The position numbers and the translations under genes are program-made. Shown in pieces: positions 1-8,299 of a stretch of DNA of 32,000 nucleotides (within the stretch, counting starts at the first letter, position 1; each line of letters starts with the position of its first letter). Under the pieces are notes generated by a model, which worked only from the letters and a program-made list of their open reading frames with translations, was not told the DNA's origin and did no database searches. This stretch comes from Arthrobacter terrae (GTDB taxonomy: Bacteria; Actinomycetota; Actinomycetes; Actinomycetales; Micrococcaceae), in assembly GCF_015708085.1 (NCBI RefSeq), contig NZ_JADNYM010000018.1, forward strand, positions 61,708-93,707. Reading direction: 5' to 3'.

Positions 1-82
1 CAGCGCCGGATCTTGACCGCCCGCGACCTCTTGCGGATCACGGGCGGTAAGCCTACATTGATCTCACGAGGTGGCATAGCCC

Positions 83-412
83 ATGCACGAACTCTCTATT
101 ACCCAAAGCCTGGTCGACGCGGTGCTTGACTGCACCGGCGATCGCACTGTCACCGGCGTCAATCTGCGGATCGGACGGCTAAGTGGTGTTCTGCCGGATG
201 CCTTGCGGTTCTGTTTCCAGCTGCTGGCCGAGGGAACACCGCTGGCCGGAGCCGATCTGCGCATCGACGAGCCGGCGGGCCGGGCCACCTGTCACACGTG
301 CCGGCAGAGTTTCATTCTCCCGGATACGATCCCGCTGTGCACCTGCGGCAGCGCCGACGTCGAAATCACAGGCGGCCGCGAGCTGATGCTTGCGTCCGTG
401 GAAGTGGGGTAA
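83..412 (+). CDS. hypA: hydrogenase nickel-insertion maturation protein HypA
   Basis: 109 aa. N-terminal MHE nickel-binding motif (MHELSI). C-terminal Cys zinc site (CHTC ... CTCG). GAGGTGG RBS about 9 nt upstream. Stop lies 3 nt before hypB. Confidence 0.93.
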   Translation: MHELSITQSLVDAVLDCTGDRTVTGVNLRIGRLSGVLPDALRFCFQLLAEGTPLAGADLRIDEPAGRATCHTCRQSFILPDTIPLCTCGSADVEITGGRELMLASVEVG

Positions 413-415
413 AAA

Positions 416-1378
416 ATGTGCTCCACCTGCGGTTGCAGCGACGACGGCGGAGTCCGGGTGTCAAGCGTTGACGGCAGTGTTGCCGTTCCGGAGCCGGTCC
501 ACGGAGATCAGCATCGGCATCTACACGACGGTGAACACCACGACGGGCACCAGCACGAACATGAGCACGACGACGACGGCCGCCAGCACCCGCACGATCA
601 CGACCACGGCGGTGGCCAGGCGCACTCGCACGACGGCGCGCACGACGGCGGTCAGGAGCACAGCCATACTCCGGTGACCACTATCACGCTGGAGCAGAGT
701 CTGCTCGCCAGGAACGACCTGTCGGCCGCGCGAAACCGGGGTTGGCTGGCCGGGCGTGCCATCCAGGCATTCAATGTGATGAGTTCCCCCGGAGCAGGCA
801 AGACGACTTTGCTGGTCCGCACCATTGAAGAGCTGGGAGAAAGGCTGAGCATCGCGGTCATCGAAGGTGACCAGGAGACGTCGCTGGATGCCGACCGCAT
901 TAGAAGGGCCGGGCGTCCAGCTGTTCAGATTAATACCGGAGCCGGCTGCCATTTGGACGCCGATATGCTCCGACGGGGGCTCGATGCCCTGAACCCGGAT
1001 CCGGGATCAACGCTCTTCATTGAAAATGTCGGGAATCTGGTCTGTCCGGCACTTTTTGATCTCGGAGAAACAGCCAAGGTAGTGATTATTTCGGTCACGG
1101 AAGGTGATGATAAGCCGCAAAAGTATCCGCACATGTTTATGGCCGCAGATCTGGTGATTATCAATAAGTCGGATCTGCTCCCTTATGTTGAATTCGACGT
1201 GGATGAATGCTTCCGCCAGGCACGACAGCTGAATCCGCACGTCGAGATGCTCGCCATTTCCGCCACGGGCGGTGCTGGTCTGGACAGCTGGTACGACTGG
1301 CTGATCAAGAACACTCAAACGCCGGCGTCGCACGCGGGCGCCCAACCGCATCCGATGACGTCCGCGTCGCAGGTGTAG
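416..1378 (+). CDS. hypB: hydrogenase nickel-incorporation GTPase HypB with His-rich nickel-storage tract
   Basis: 320 aa. N-terminal MCSTCGC high-affinity Ni motif. 19 His in 56 residues (aa 29-84). P-loop GAGKTTLL, ENVGNLVCPA and NKSD GTPase motifs. Confidence 0.95.
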   Translation: MCSTCGCSDDGGVRVSSVDGSVAVPEPVHGDQHRHLHDGEHHDGHQHEHEHDDDGRQHPHDHDHGGGQAHSHDGAHDGGQEHSHTPVTTITLEQSLLARNDLSAARNRGWLAGRAIQAFNVMSSPGAGKTTLLVRTIEELGERLSIAVIEGDQETSLDADRIRRAGRPAVQINTGAGCHLDADMLRRGLDALNPDPGSTLFIENVGNLVCPALFDLGETAKVVIISVTEGDDKPQKYPHMFMAADLVIINKSDLLPYVEFDVDECFRQARQLNPHVEMLAISATGGAGLDSWYDWLIKNTQTPASHAGAQPHPMTSASQV

Positions 1379-1431
1379 ACAAACGCATAATGGGCCCGGC
1401 TCGGTGAGCAGGACTCCCAAAGGAGGCAACG

Positions 1432-2490
1432 ATGCCTACAGAAGCTTCGATTAAAGCCGAAGAAACCCTTATTCATGTCCTGTGGATCAACGCGGGCCTC
1501 AGCTGCGACGGCGACTCGGTGTCGCTGACCGCGGCTACGCAGCCCAGCGTAGAGGAAATAGCGCTCGGTGCCCTGCCCGGTCTGCCGCAGGTTGCCATGC
1601 ATTGGCCGCTCATTGATTTTGAATGCGGCCCGCAGGAGGGAGCAGATGACTTCCTCGAGTGGTTCCGGAGGGCGGACCGTGGGGAACTGGAGCCTTTTGT
1701 CCTCGTGGTTGAGGGTTCCATTCCCAACGAGAAATTGCATGACGCCGGCGGATACTGGTCGGGGTTCGGCAACGATCTGGAAACGGGGCAGCCCATCACG
1801 ACAAGCGAGTGGCTGGACCGGCTTGCACCGAAGGCAACTGCGATTATTGCCGCCGGAACCTGCGCGGCCTATGGCGGTATCCATGCCATGGCCGGCAATC
1901 CCACCGGTGCGATGGGCGTTCCCGATTACCTCGGATATGACTGGAGGTCCAAGGCCGGAATACCGATTGTCTGTGTTCCGGGCTGCCCGATCCAACCGGA
2001 CAATCTCTCCGAAACCATCACCTACCTGCTCTATCAGGCGACCGGGCAGGCACCCATGATTCCATTGGACGACGCGCTGCGGCCGACGTGGCTTTTCGGC
2101 CAGACGGTGCATGAGGGATGCGACCGGGCGGGGTACTACGAGCAGGGCGATTTCGCCACCGAATACGGCTCCCCGAAGTGCATTGTGAAACTGGGATGTT
2201 GGGGCCCGGTGGTTAAATGCAATGTGCCCAAGCGCGGCTGGATGAATGGAATTGGCGGGTGCCCGAACGTTGGAGGTATCTGCATCGGCTGCACCATGCC
2301 GGGATTCCCCGATAAGTTCATGCCGTTCATGGATGAGCCTCCGGGCAGCATTCTCTCCACGAATGCCGTGCGGCCCTACGGCGCTGCCGTGCGGACGCTG
2401 CGGCACATCACCATGAACACCCTCGACAAGGAACCACGCTGGCGCAGGACCGGCCCCGAACTGCTCACCGGCGCCACCCGCACCTGGTAA
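1432..2490 (+). CDS. hhyS: [NiFe]-hydrogenase small subunit, group 1h/5 type (no Tat signal)
   Basis: 352 aa. Fe-S ligand contexts typical of small subunits: LSCDGDS, GTCAAYGGIHA, VPGCPIQPDN, and a C-terminal Cys-rich block CIVKLGCWGPVVKC...GGCPNVGGICIGCTMPGFPDKF. The N-terminus MPTEASIKAEE lacks the RRxFxK twin-arginine motif. AAAGGAGG RBS upstream. Confidence 0.93.
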   Translation: MPTEASIKAEETLIHVLWINAGLSCDGDSVSLTAATQPSVEEIALGALPGLPQVAMHWPLIDFECGPQEGADDFLEWFRRADRGELEPFVLVVEGSIPNEKLHDAGGYWSGFGNDLETGQPITTSEWLDRLAPKATAIIAAGTCAAYGGIHAMAGNPTGAMGVPDYLGYDWRSKAGIPIVCVPGCPIQPDNLSETITYLLYQATGQAPMIPLDDALRPTWLFGQTVHEGCDRAGYYEQGDFATEYGSPKCIVKLGCWGPVVKCNVPKRGWMNGIGGCPNVGGICIGCTMPGFPDKFMPFMDEPPGSILSTNAVRPYGAAVRTLRHITMNTLDKEPRWRRTGPELLTGATRTW

Positions 2491-2516
2491 GAACGGCACG
2501 AGAAAGAGGCAAGGCA

Positions 2517-4310
2517 ATGACCTCCACGATTCCGTTACCCGCATCGGGCAACGCCGCAGACGACTCACTGGTGGAGATGGCGTGGGATCCCATCACCCGG
2601 ATTGTCGGCAGCCTTGGCATCTATACCAAAATAGATTTCAAAAACAAAGAGGTGGTGCAGTGCAACAGCACTTCCTCGATTTTCCGCGGCTACTCGATCT
2701 TCATGCGCGGCAAGGACCCGCGCGACGCGCACTTCATCACCAGCCGGATCTGCGGGATCTGCGGCGACAATCACGCCACGTGTTCCTGTTATGCGCAAAA
2801 CATGGCCTACGGGGTGAAGCCACCGCATTTGGGCGAATGGATCGTCAATCTCGGTGAAGCCGCGGAGTACATGTTCGATCACAATATCTTCCAGGAGAAT
2901 CTGGTGGGCGTGGACTACTGCGAGAAAATGGTCTCCGAGACCAACCCGGCGGTACTGGCCAGGGCGGAAAACACCCGGGCCCCGCATGAAGGCGAACACG
3001 GCTACCGGACCATCGCGGACATCATGCGTTCGCTGAATCCTTTTACCGGCGAGTTCTACCGCGAAGCGCTGCAGGTCAGCCGGCTCACCCGGGAGATGTT
3101 CTGCCTGATGGAGGGTCGCCATGTGCACCCCTCCACGCTTTATCCCGGCGGGGTCGGCACCGTCGCCACGATCCAGCTGATGACGGATTACCTCACGCGG
3201 CTGATGCGTTATGTGGAGTTCATGAAGAAGGTCGTGCCCATGCACGATGATCTCTTCGATTTCTTCTACGACGCGCTACCGGGCTATGAGCAGGTCGGGC
3301 TGCGGCGGACGCTGCTGGGGTGTTGGGGCTCCTTCCAGGATCCGGAATTCTGCAACTTCGCCTATAAGGACATGACCGACTGGGGCCGGAAGATGTTCGT
3401 CACCCCGGGCGTCGTCGTCGACGGAAAACTAGTGACCACAGATCTGGTGCGGATCAACCTCGGCATCCGGATCATGCTGGGCTCCTCCTACTACGAGGAC
3501 TGGAACGATCAGGAAATGTTCGTCACGAACGACCCGCTCGGGAACCCGGTGGACCGCCGTCATCCGTGGAACCAGCACACCAATCCCCGCCCGCAAAAGC
3601 GTGATCTCGCGGACAAATACAGCTGGGTGATGTCGCCGCGCTGGTTTGACGGACAGGACAATCTGGCGCTGGATACCGGCGGCGGCCCGCTGGCGCGGCT
3701 CTGGTCGACGGCACTGGCCGGACTGGTCGATATCGACTACGTCAAATCCACCGGACACAGCGTGGAGATCAACCTGCCCAAGACGGCCCTCAAGGGACCA
3801 GTCTCACTCGAATGGAAGATTCCGCAGTGGAGCAATACGATCGAACGCAACCGGGCCCGCACCTATTTCCAGGCCTATGCGGCGGCAGCGGCCCTGCATT
3901 TCGCGGAGAAGGCGCTCGAGGAAATCCGGGCCGGACGGACCAAGACCTGGGAATCGTTTGAGGTCCCGGACGAGGCGGTCAGTTGTGGCTTTACCGAAGC
4001 GGTCCGCGGCGTTCTTTCACACCATATGGTGATCCGCGACGGCAAGATCGCCAACTACCATCCGTATCCGCCAACCCCGTGGAATGCCAGCCCACGTGAC
4101 GCCTCCGGAACTCCCGGACCCTACGAGGACGCCGTGCAGGGGCAGCCCATCTTCGAAGAAAACGACCGGGAGCATTTCAAGGGGATCGATATTATGCGCA
4201 CGGTCCGCAGTTTTGATCCCTGTTTGCCCTGCGGCGTGCACATGTATCTGGGCGAGGGTAAAACGTTGGATATGCTGCACTCCCCCACGCAGTCACTCAC
4301 CGGAGAATAA
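2517..4310 (+). CDS. hhyL: [NiFe]-hydrogenase large subunit, group 1h/5 high-affinity type
   Basis: 597 aa. DPITRIVGSLG N-terminal motif. L1 motif TSRICGICGDNH and L2 motif SFDPCLPCGVH match, as I recall them, the published group 5/1h signatures. A 22-aa C-terminal extension after the L2 His (nt 4242-4307) fits endopeptidase processing. Confidence 0.95.
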   Translation: MTSTIPLPASGNAADDSLVEMAWDPITRIVGSLGIYTKIDFKNKEVVQCNSTSSIFRGYSIFMRGKDPRDAHFITSRICGICGDNHATCSCYAQNMAYGVKPPHLGEWIVNLGEAAEYMFDHNIFQENLVGVDYCEKMVSETNPAVLARAENTRAPHEGEHGYRTIADIMRSLNPFTGEFYREALQVSRLTREMFCLMEGRHVHPSTLYPGGVGTVATIQLMTDYLTRLMRYVEFMKKVVPMHDDLFDFFYDALPGYEQVGLRRTLLGCWGSFQDPEFCNFAYKDMTDWGRKMFVTPGVVVDGKLVTTDLVRINLGIRIMLGSSYYEDWNDQEMFVTNDPLGNPVDRRHPWNQHTNPRPQKRDLADKYSWVMSPRWFDGQDNLALDTGGGPLARLWSTALAGLVDIDYVKSTGHSVEINLPKTALKGPVSLEWKIPQWSNTIERNRARTYFQAYAAAAALHFAEKALEEIRAGRTKTWESFEVPDEAVSCGFTEAVRGVLSHHMVIRDGKIANYHPYPPTPWNASPRDASGTPGPYEDAVQGQPIFEENDREHFKGIDIMRTVRSFDPCLPCGVHMYLGEGKTLDMLHSPTQSLTGE

Positions 4311-4316
4311 CCCGCC

Positions 4317-5369
4317 ATGAACGCGCAGAACGGTTTGCTGGAGGAAAGCGGGGCCGCTGCGCCTGTAGCTGCTGCGCCTGTAGCTGCTGCGCCGTGGGCA
4401 GCAGCGCAGCAGGCAGCAGCGGCCGGATCCGGCGCCGACCAGCTGCGGAATTCGGGGACACGGATCGGAACACTGCTGGATGCGCTGTCCTCCAACGGTG
4501 CGGTGGCCCGTGAGCGTGCCGAGGAGCTGGTCCGGCAGGTCACGGACCTCTACGGTGCCGGACTGGAGCGCATGCTCGGCGTTATTTCGGCCCGGGGAGG
4601 TGGCACCAATGGCACCTTGGAGGCCCTGGTCAAGGACGAGCTGATCTCCGGTTTGCTGCTGGTCCACGGCCTGCATCCACAGGACGTGCCGACCAGAGTC
4701 GCCGCCGCACTCGATAGTGTGCGGCCGTACCTTGGCTCCCATGGCGGCGACGTCGAGCTGCTGGGCATCAGCGCGAACGGGATCGTGAGTTTGCGTTTAT
4801 TGGGGAGCTGCCATGGCTGCCCGTCATCGTCCGTCACTCTCAAGCTCGCCGTCGAGGATGCCATTGAAACGGCGGCCCCCGAGGTGACATCCATCCAGGT
4901 GGTGGAGCAGGAGCCGATCCATTCCGCAGCAGTCATTCCCGTGAATGCGCTGCGGCTGCGCCTGGATCAGCAAACTGATCGGGATCAGCAGGCCAAACCC
5001 GCTGTTCCCGGCCCAGCGGGTGGGTCCTGGGAGCCAGCGGCGGAGCTTGGCGGACTTCAGCCAGGCGAGGTGGCAGGCTTCCTGGTCGGCGGGGCCCGGC
5101 TGCTGACCTGCCGGATCGGCGAGGATATTTTCGCTTACCTGGACTACTGTCCGCGGTGCGCGAAGTCTATGGCGGGGGCGTCATTGCAGCGCGCCCTCGC
5201 GGCCCCGACCGGTGGCGGTCTGCTGCGCTGCCCCACCTGCCGGGCCCATTTTGATGTACGGCTGGCCGGTGCGTGCCTGGAAGACAAGTCACTGCATCTG
5301 GATCCGCTTCCCTTGCTCGTGCGCGGCGGCGTGATTTCCGTTGCCATTCCCGTCGGGACTGTTTCATGA
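4317..5369 (+). CDS. NifU-like (Nfu C-terminal type) domain fused to a Rieske-like Cys4 module; putative hydrogenase-associated Fe-S protein (HhyE-like)
   Basis: 350 aa. Ala-rich repeat N-terminus. Nfu-type core HGGDVELLGI...LLGSCHGCPSSSVTLKLAVEDAI (aa ~118-195). C-terminal CPRC (aa 278-281) and CPTC (aa 305-308) lie in a context resembling the Rieske motifs CPH.../CP.H..FD (here RCPTCRAHFD). GGAGAA RBS. Stop overlaps the next start (ATGA). Confidence 0.8.
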   Translation: MNAQNGLLEESGAAAPVAAAPVAAAPWAAAQQAAAAGSGADQLRNSGTRIGTLLDALSSNGAVARERAEELVRQVTDLYGAGLERMLGVISARGGGTNGTLEALVKDELISGLLLVHGLHPQDVPTRVAAALDSVRPYLGSHGGDVELLGISANGIVSLRLLGSCHGCPSSSVTLKLAVEDAIETAAPEVTSIQVVEQEPIHSAAVIPVNALRLRLDQQTDRDQQAKPAVPGPAGGSWEPAAELGGLQPGEVAGFLVGGARLLTCRIGEDIFAYLDYCPRCAKSMAGASLQRALAAPTGGGLLRCPTCRAHFDVRLAGACLEDKSLHLDPLPLLVRGGVISVAIPVGTVS

Positions 5370-6064
5370 CCCCCCGAACAGGCAGCACCTCGGCCGCGGG
5401 GCCGGTAGCCATGCTCCGGCGCATCGCTGTCAGCCGTTCCGCCGCGGCCGACGGCGAGCGCTGCGAGATGTGCGCTGAGCCTCTTGCAGAAAAGCACCAG
5501 CACGTGGTGGATGTGGAAAGCCGCGCCCTGATGTGCACCTGCCGCCCGTGCTATTTGCTCTTTACCGATTCAACGGCACACCTGCGGTACCGTTCCGTGC
5601 CCGAGCGTTACCTCTCCTTTCCGGCATTCGAGCTGGGGACCGGGGTGTGGGATGAACTGGAGATACCAGTTGGGCTGGCATTCTTCTTCACCAATTCCCG
5701 GATGGCGCGGACCGTGGCGTTTTATCCCGGCCCCGCCGGTGCCACCGAGTCGGAGCTGCCGCTGGGTGCGTGGGAACCGGTGCTGGCACGCAACCCTGCC
5801 GTTGGCACTGCCGTGCCGGACACGGAGGCTTTGCTGATCCGTGCTCCTGGGCGGGAGCGTCTGCAGGCCGATTGCCATCTGGTACCGATTGATGCCTGTT
5901 ACGAACTGGTCGGTCAGCTGCGCAAAGTCTGGCGGGGCTTCGACGGCGGCCAGGACGCGCGTGCCCAACTAGCCGCTTTCTTTGAGCGGGTAGTCAATCG
6001 CAGCAGGCCCTACGTCGGCACCTCCTCTTCAGCGGCCCGGACCGGAAGCGGGCCCTGGCCATGA
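5366..6064 (+). CDS. conserved hydrogenase-cluster protein of unknown function, Cys-rich (I recall DUF5947-type proteins at this position in actinobacterial hhy loci; needs an HMM check)
   Basis: Track ORF 5273-6064 trimmed to the ATG at 5366, which overlaps the upstream stop (ATGA). 232 aa. CxxC-x20-CxCxxC cluster (CEMC...CTCRPC). Balanced amino-acid composition, unlike the antisense ORFs. Confidence 0.75.
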   Translation: MTPRTGSTSAAGPVAMLRRIAVSRSAAADGERCEMCAEPLAEKHQHVVDVESRALMCTCRPCYLLFTDSTAHLRYRSVPERYLSFPAFELGTGVWDELEIPVGLAFFFTNSRMARTVAFYPGPAGATESELPLGAWEPVLARNPAVGTAVPDTEALLIRAPGRERLQADCHLVPIDACYELVGQLRKVWRGFDGGQDARAQLAAFFERVVNRSRPYVGTSSSAARTGSGPWP

Positions 6065-6702
6065 CGGAACTTGGCTTCAGCATTGTGGACATTATTCCCG
6101 AACGCTACGCCGCCTCCCCACAGCTGACTGCCCGGCTGTGCCTCACAGAATCCACGGGTACGGCCATCCACGCGATAGCGTTGCGCTGCCAGGTGCGGAT
6201 TCAGCCGCAGCGCCGGGGCTACACTCCGGAGGAGGAAGCCGGTCTCCTGGATCTCTTCGGCACCCGCGTGCGCTGGCCCTCGACGCTGAAGCCCTTCCTC
6301 TGGATGCAGTGCAGCACCACGGTGCAGGGCTTCCGCGGTACGACCACGGTGGATCTCGCCCTTCCCTGTACGTTCGATTTCGAGGTCGCCGCGGCGAAAT
6401 ACCTGCATGCGCTCCGTGAGCGCAGCATTCCGGTGGAACTGCTGTTCTCCGGAACCGTCTTCACCAAAGGAGTCACCGGGTTCGGCGTCGAACCGGTGCC
6501 GTGGGACCGCGAGGCGTCGTTCCAACTGCCGGTTGCTACCTGGACCGAACTAATGGACCAGCATTTCCCCAACAGCGGCTGGCTCCGGCTTGACCGGGAT
6601 GTCATCAAAGCGCTGGCACACTATAAATCAAGTCTCGGACTGACCACCTGGGAAGCGGCTGTCGAAGGATTACTGGCGGCGGCCGGTGACCCGGTCCGAT
6701 GA
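6061..6702 (+). CDS. conserved hydrogenase-cluster protein of unknown function (I recall DUF6084-type proteins at this position; needs an HMM check)
   Basis: 213 aa. ATGA overlap with the upstream stop at 6061-6064 and with the downstream start at 6699-6702. No recognisable catalytic motif. Confidence 0.75.
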   Translation: MTELGFSIVDIIPERYAASPQLTARLCLTESTGTAIHAIALRCQVRIQPQRRGYTPEEEAGLLDLFGTRVRWPSTLKPFLWMQCSTTVQGFRGTTTVDLALPCTFDFEVAAAKYLHALRERSIPVELLFSGTVFTKGVTGFGVEPVPWDREASFQLPVATWTELMDQHFPNSGWLRLDRDVIKALAHYKSSLGLTTWEAAVEGLLAAAGDPVR

Positions 6703-8177
6703 TGAATCCGACCCTAAGCCTGGCCAGGGCCATCGCGGATGCGGTCCTTTACGAGGGCTACCTCCTCTATCCCTATCGTGCCTCGTCGCAGAAAAATCAG
6801 TCACGCTGGCAGTTCGGCATCCTGGGCCCGCCCGGTGCGGCCGCCGCGGGAGCAGGCGAAGAGTCAACCATGTTCGCGGACACCCTGCTGCGTTCCGGCC
6901 CGGATGCCCGGCTGGAGGTGCATCTGCGTTTCCTGCAGCTGCAGTCCCGGACCTGTGAAAAGTTCGACGACGGGACCTTCAGCCCGGTGCCTGCGCTGCA
7001 GATCGGCGCTGCACGATGGCTGACATGGGACGAGGCGACCGAACAGGAGATCACCCTGGGCCCGTTCACGCTCGATCAACTGGCCGGTGGATTAATAACG
7101 GCCGTCCGGGTTCCCGGCGCCGAAGAGACCGAGCTGCTCTACGATGCGGCAGGGGCGGCGGCAGGACGGCTCGTGCGCAGACGGCAGCCCCTTTTGGGCG
7201 AAGTCCGGCTGGGCGCCAGCGCTCTCCACGACTCTGCCGACGGCGGCGAATCCGTCTCCGGGCTGCTGCGCCTTCGGGTGAGTGCGGTAAATACCGCAGC
7301 GGGCCGAACGGTTCAGAAGCAGGAAGCAATCGCGCTGTCGTTCATCGGCACGCACCTGTTGCTGAGCGTGCAGGACGCGGACTTCATCTCGCTGCTGGAC
7401 CCGCCGGAGAACGCACGTGCCGCAGCGGCAGCCTGCAGCCAGCACCGCTGCTGGCCCGTCCTGGCCGGGCCAGAGGGGCAAAGCGACGTTCTGCTGATCT
7501 CCCCGATCATTCTTTATGACCATCCCGCTGTGGCGCCGGAAAGCTCGGTGGCGCTCTACGATTCAACCGAAATTGATGAGATCCTCACGCTGCGGGTGCT
7601 GACGCTCACCGAGGATGAAAAAGCCGAGGCAAGGGCCACGGATCCGCGGGCTGCGGCGATCATTGACCGCTGCGAGGCTATGAGCGATGACCAATTGCAG
7701 GCCCTGCATGGCATCCTCCGCAACCCCCATGCGGAGGTAGCACTTGAGCCTGATTTCGAACGGGGGGCAGGAATCCTGGGCGGACCCCGGGACGGCGCTG
7801 CCCTTACCCCTGCGTTCCCGGCCCTCGGCGATAGTCCCCTCACGGAGGCTCCCTGGTGGGATCCTGCGGCAGATTCCAGTGTCAGGCCGGAAACCGACGC
7901 TGTCGTGATCAAAGGGGTGCCCGTTGCCAGGGGCAGCCGCGTTGTGGTCATGCCGCGCCGCCGGGCGGATGCGCAGGACCTGTTTTCGGCCGGGCAGAGC
8001 GCGCGCGTCACTGGCGTTCATTTCGACGTCGACGGCAGCACTCACGTCGCGGTCGTCATTGAAGCGGATCCGGCCGCGGAACTGCAGGAGTGGTACGGAC
8101 GGTACCTCTACTTCTCTCCGGACGAGCTGGAGCCTCTCGACCCGGTACCCGCTACGGGAAATGGAAAGGAAACCTGA
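6699..8177 (+). CDS. large conserved hypothetical protein of the hydrogenase cluster
   Basis: 492 aa. Translationally coupled start (ATGA). N-terminal YEGYLLYPYR motif. Central ILYDHP...STEIDEILTLRVLTLTEDEK segment. No domain I can name from sequence alone. Confidence 0.72.
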   Translation: MMNPTLSLARAIADAVLYEGYLLYPYRASSQKNQSRWQFGILGPPGAAAAGAGEESTMFADTLLRSGPDARLEVHLRFLQLQSRTCEKFDDGTFSPVPALQIGAARWLTWDEATEQEITLGPFTLDQLAGGLITAVRVPGAEETELLYDAAGAAAGRLVRRRQPLLGEVRLGASALHDSADGGESVSGLLRLRVSAVNTAAGRTVQKQEAIALSFIGTHLLLSVQDADFISLLDPPENARAAAAACSQHRCWPVLAGPEGQSDVLLISPIILYDHPAVAPESSVALYDSTEIDEILTLRVLTLTEDEKAEARATDPRAAAIIDRCEAMSDDQLQALHGILRNPHAEVALEPDFERGAGILGGPRDGAALTPAFPALGDSPLTEAPWWDPAADSSVRPETDAVVIKGVPVARGSRVVVMPRRRADAQDLFSAGQSARVTGVHFDVDGSTHVAVVIEADPAAELQEWYGRYLYFSPDELEPLDPVPATGNGKET

Positions 8178-8179
8178 AC

Positions 8180-8299
8180 ATGAAAACCCTGGGAAAGCTG
8201 TCCGCCGTGATGCTGGCACTGACCGCCCTGACAGGAATCGCGGTGATGGTGCGCTCGATTCCGGACATTGTCCGCTACGTGAAAATCAGCCGGATGTGA
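8180..8299 (+). CDS. 39-aa predicted single-pass membrane peptide
   Basis: Internal ATG of track ORF 8090-8299, 2 nt after the upstream TGA, preceded by GGAAAGGAAA. Sequence MKTLGKLSAVMLALTALTGIAVMVRSIPDIVRYVKISRM has one hydrophobic helix and a basic tail. Its stop overlaps the GTG start of the protease gene. Confidence 0.55.
   Translation: MKTLGKLSAVMLALTALTGIAVMVRSIPDIVRYVKISRM

Noticed and set aside
1-82. Possible 3' end of an upstream gene (frame-3 stop at 48-50), and an 8-bp inverted repeat ACCGCCCG/CGGGCGGT (16-23 / 41-48).
   Set aside because: Too little sequence to identify a product. Frame 1 is also open into hypA. The hairpin has a long 17-nt loop and no U-tract, so neither a CDS nor a terminator can be supported.
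390-677. Thr-rich 95-aa ORF overlapping the start of hypB in another frame.
   Set aside because: It is the out-of-frame reading of the His/Asp codon-repeat region (CAC/GAC read as ACG/ACC). It has no independent start context.
1315-2568. Long ORFs antisense to well-supported genes: 1315-2568(-), 2565-3245(-), 9134-9931(+), 12181-12906(-), 13132-13830(+), 15886-16746(-), 21551-22396(-), 22681-23481(-), 23523-24527(-), 25903-26511(+), 28998-30089(+), 30686-31387(+).
   Set aside because: They fully overlap genes with unmistakable family motifs. Their translations are Arg/Pro/Gly/His/Gln-rich, low-complexity and without motifs. This is the usual shadow-ORF artefact of high-GC DNA.
1432-4310. Periplasmic (Tat-exported) or selenocysteine-containing hydrogenase.
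   Set aside because: The small subunit has no twin-arginine signal. The L2 motif has Cys (CLPCGVH) encoded by ordinary codons, with no in-frame TGA.
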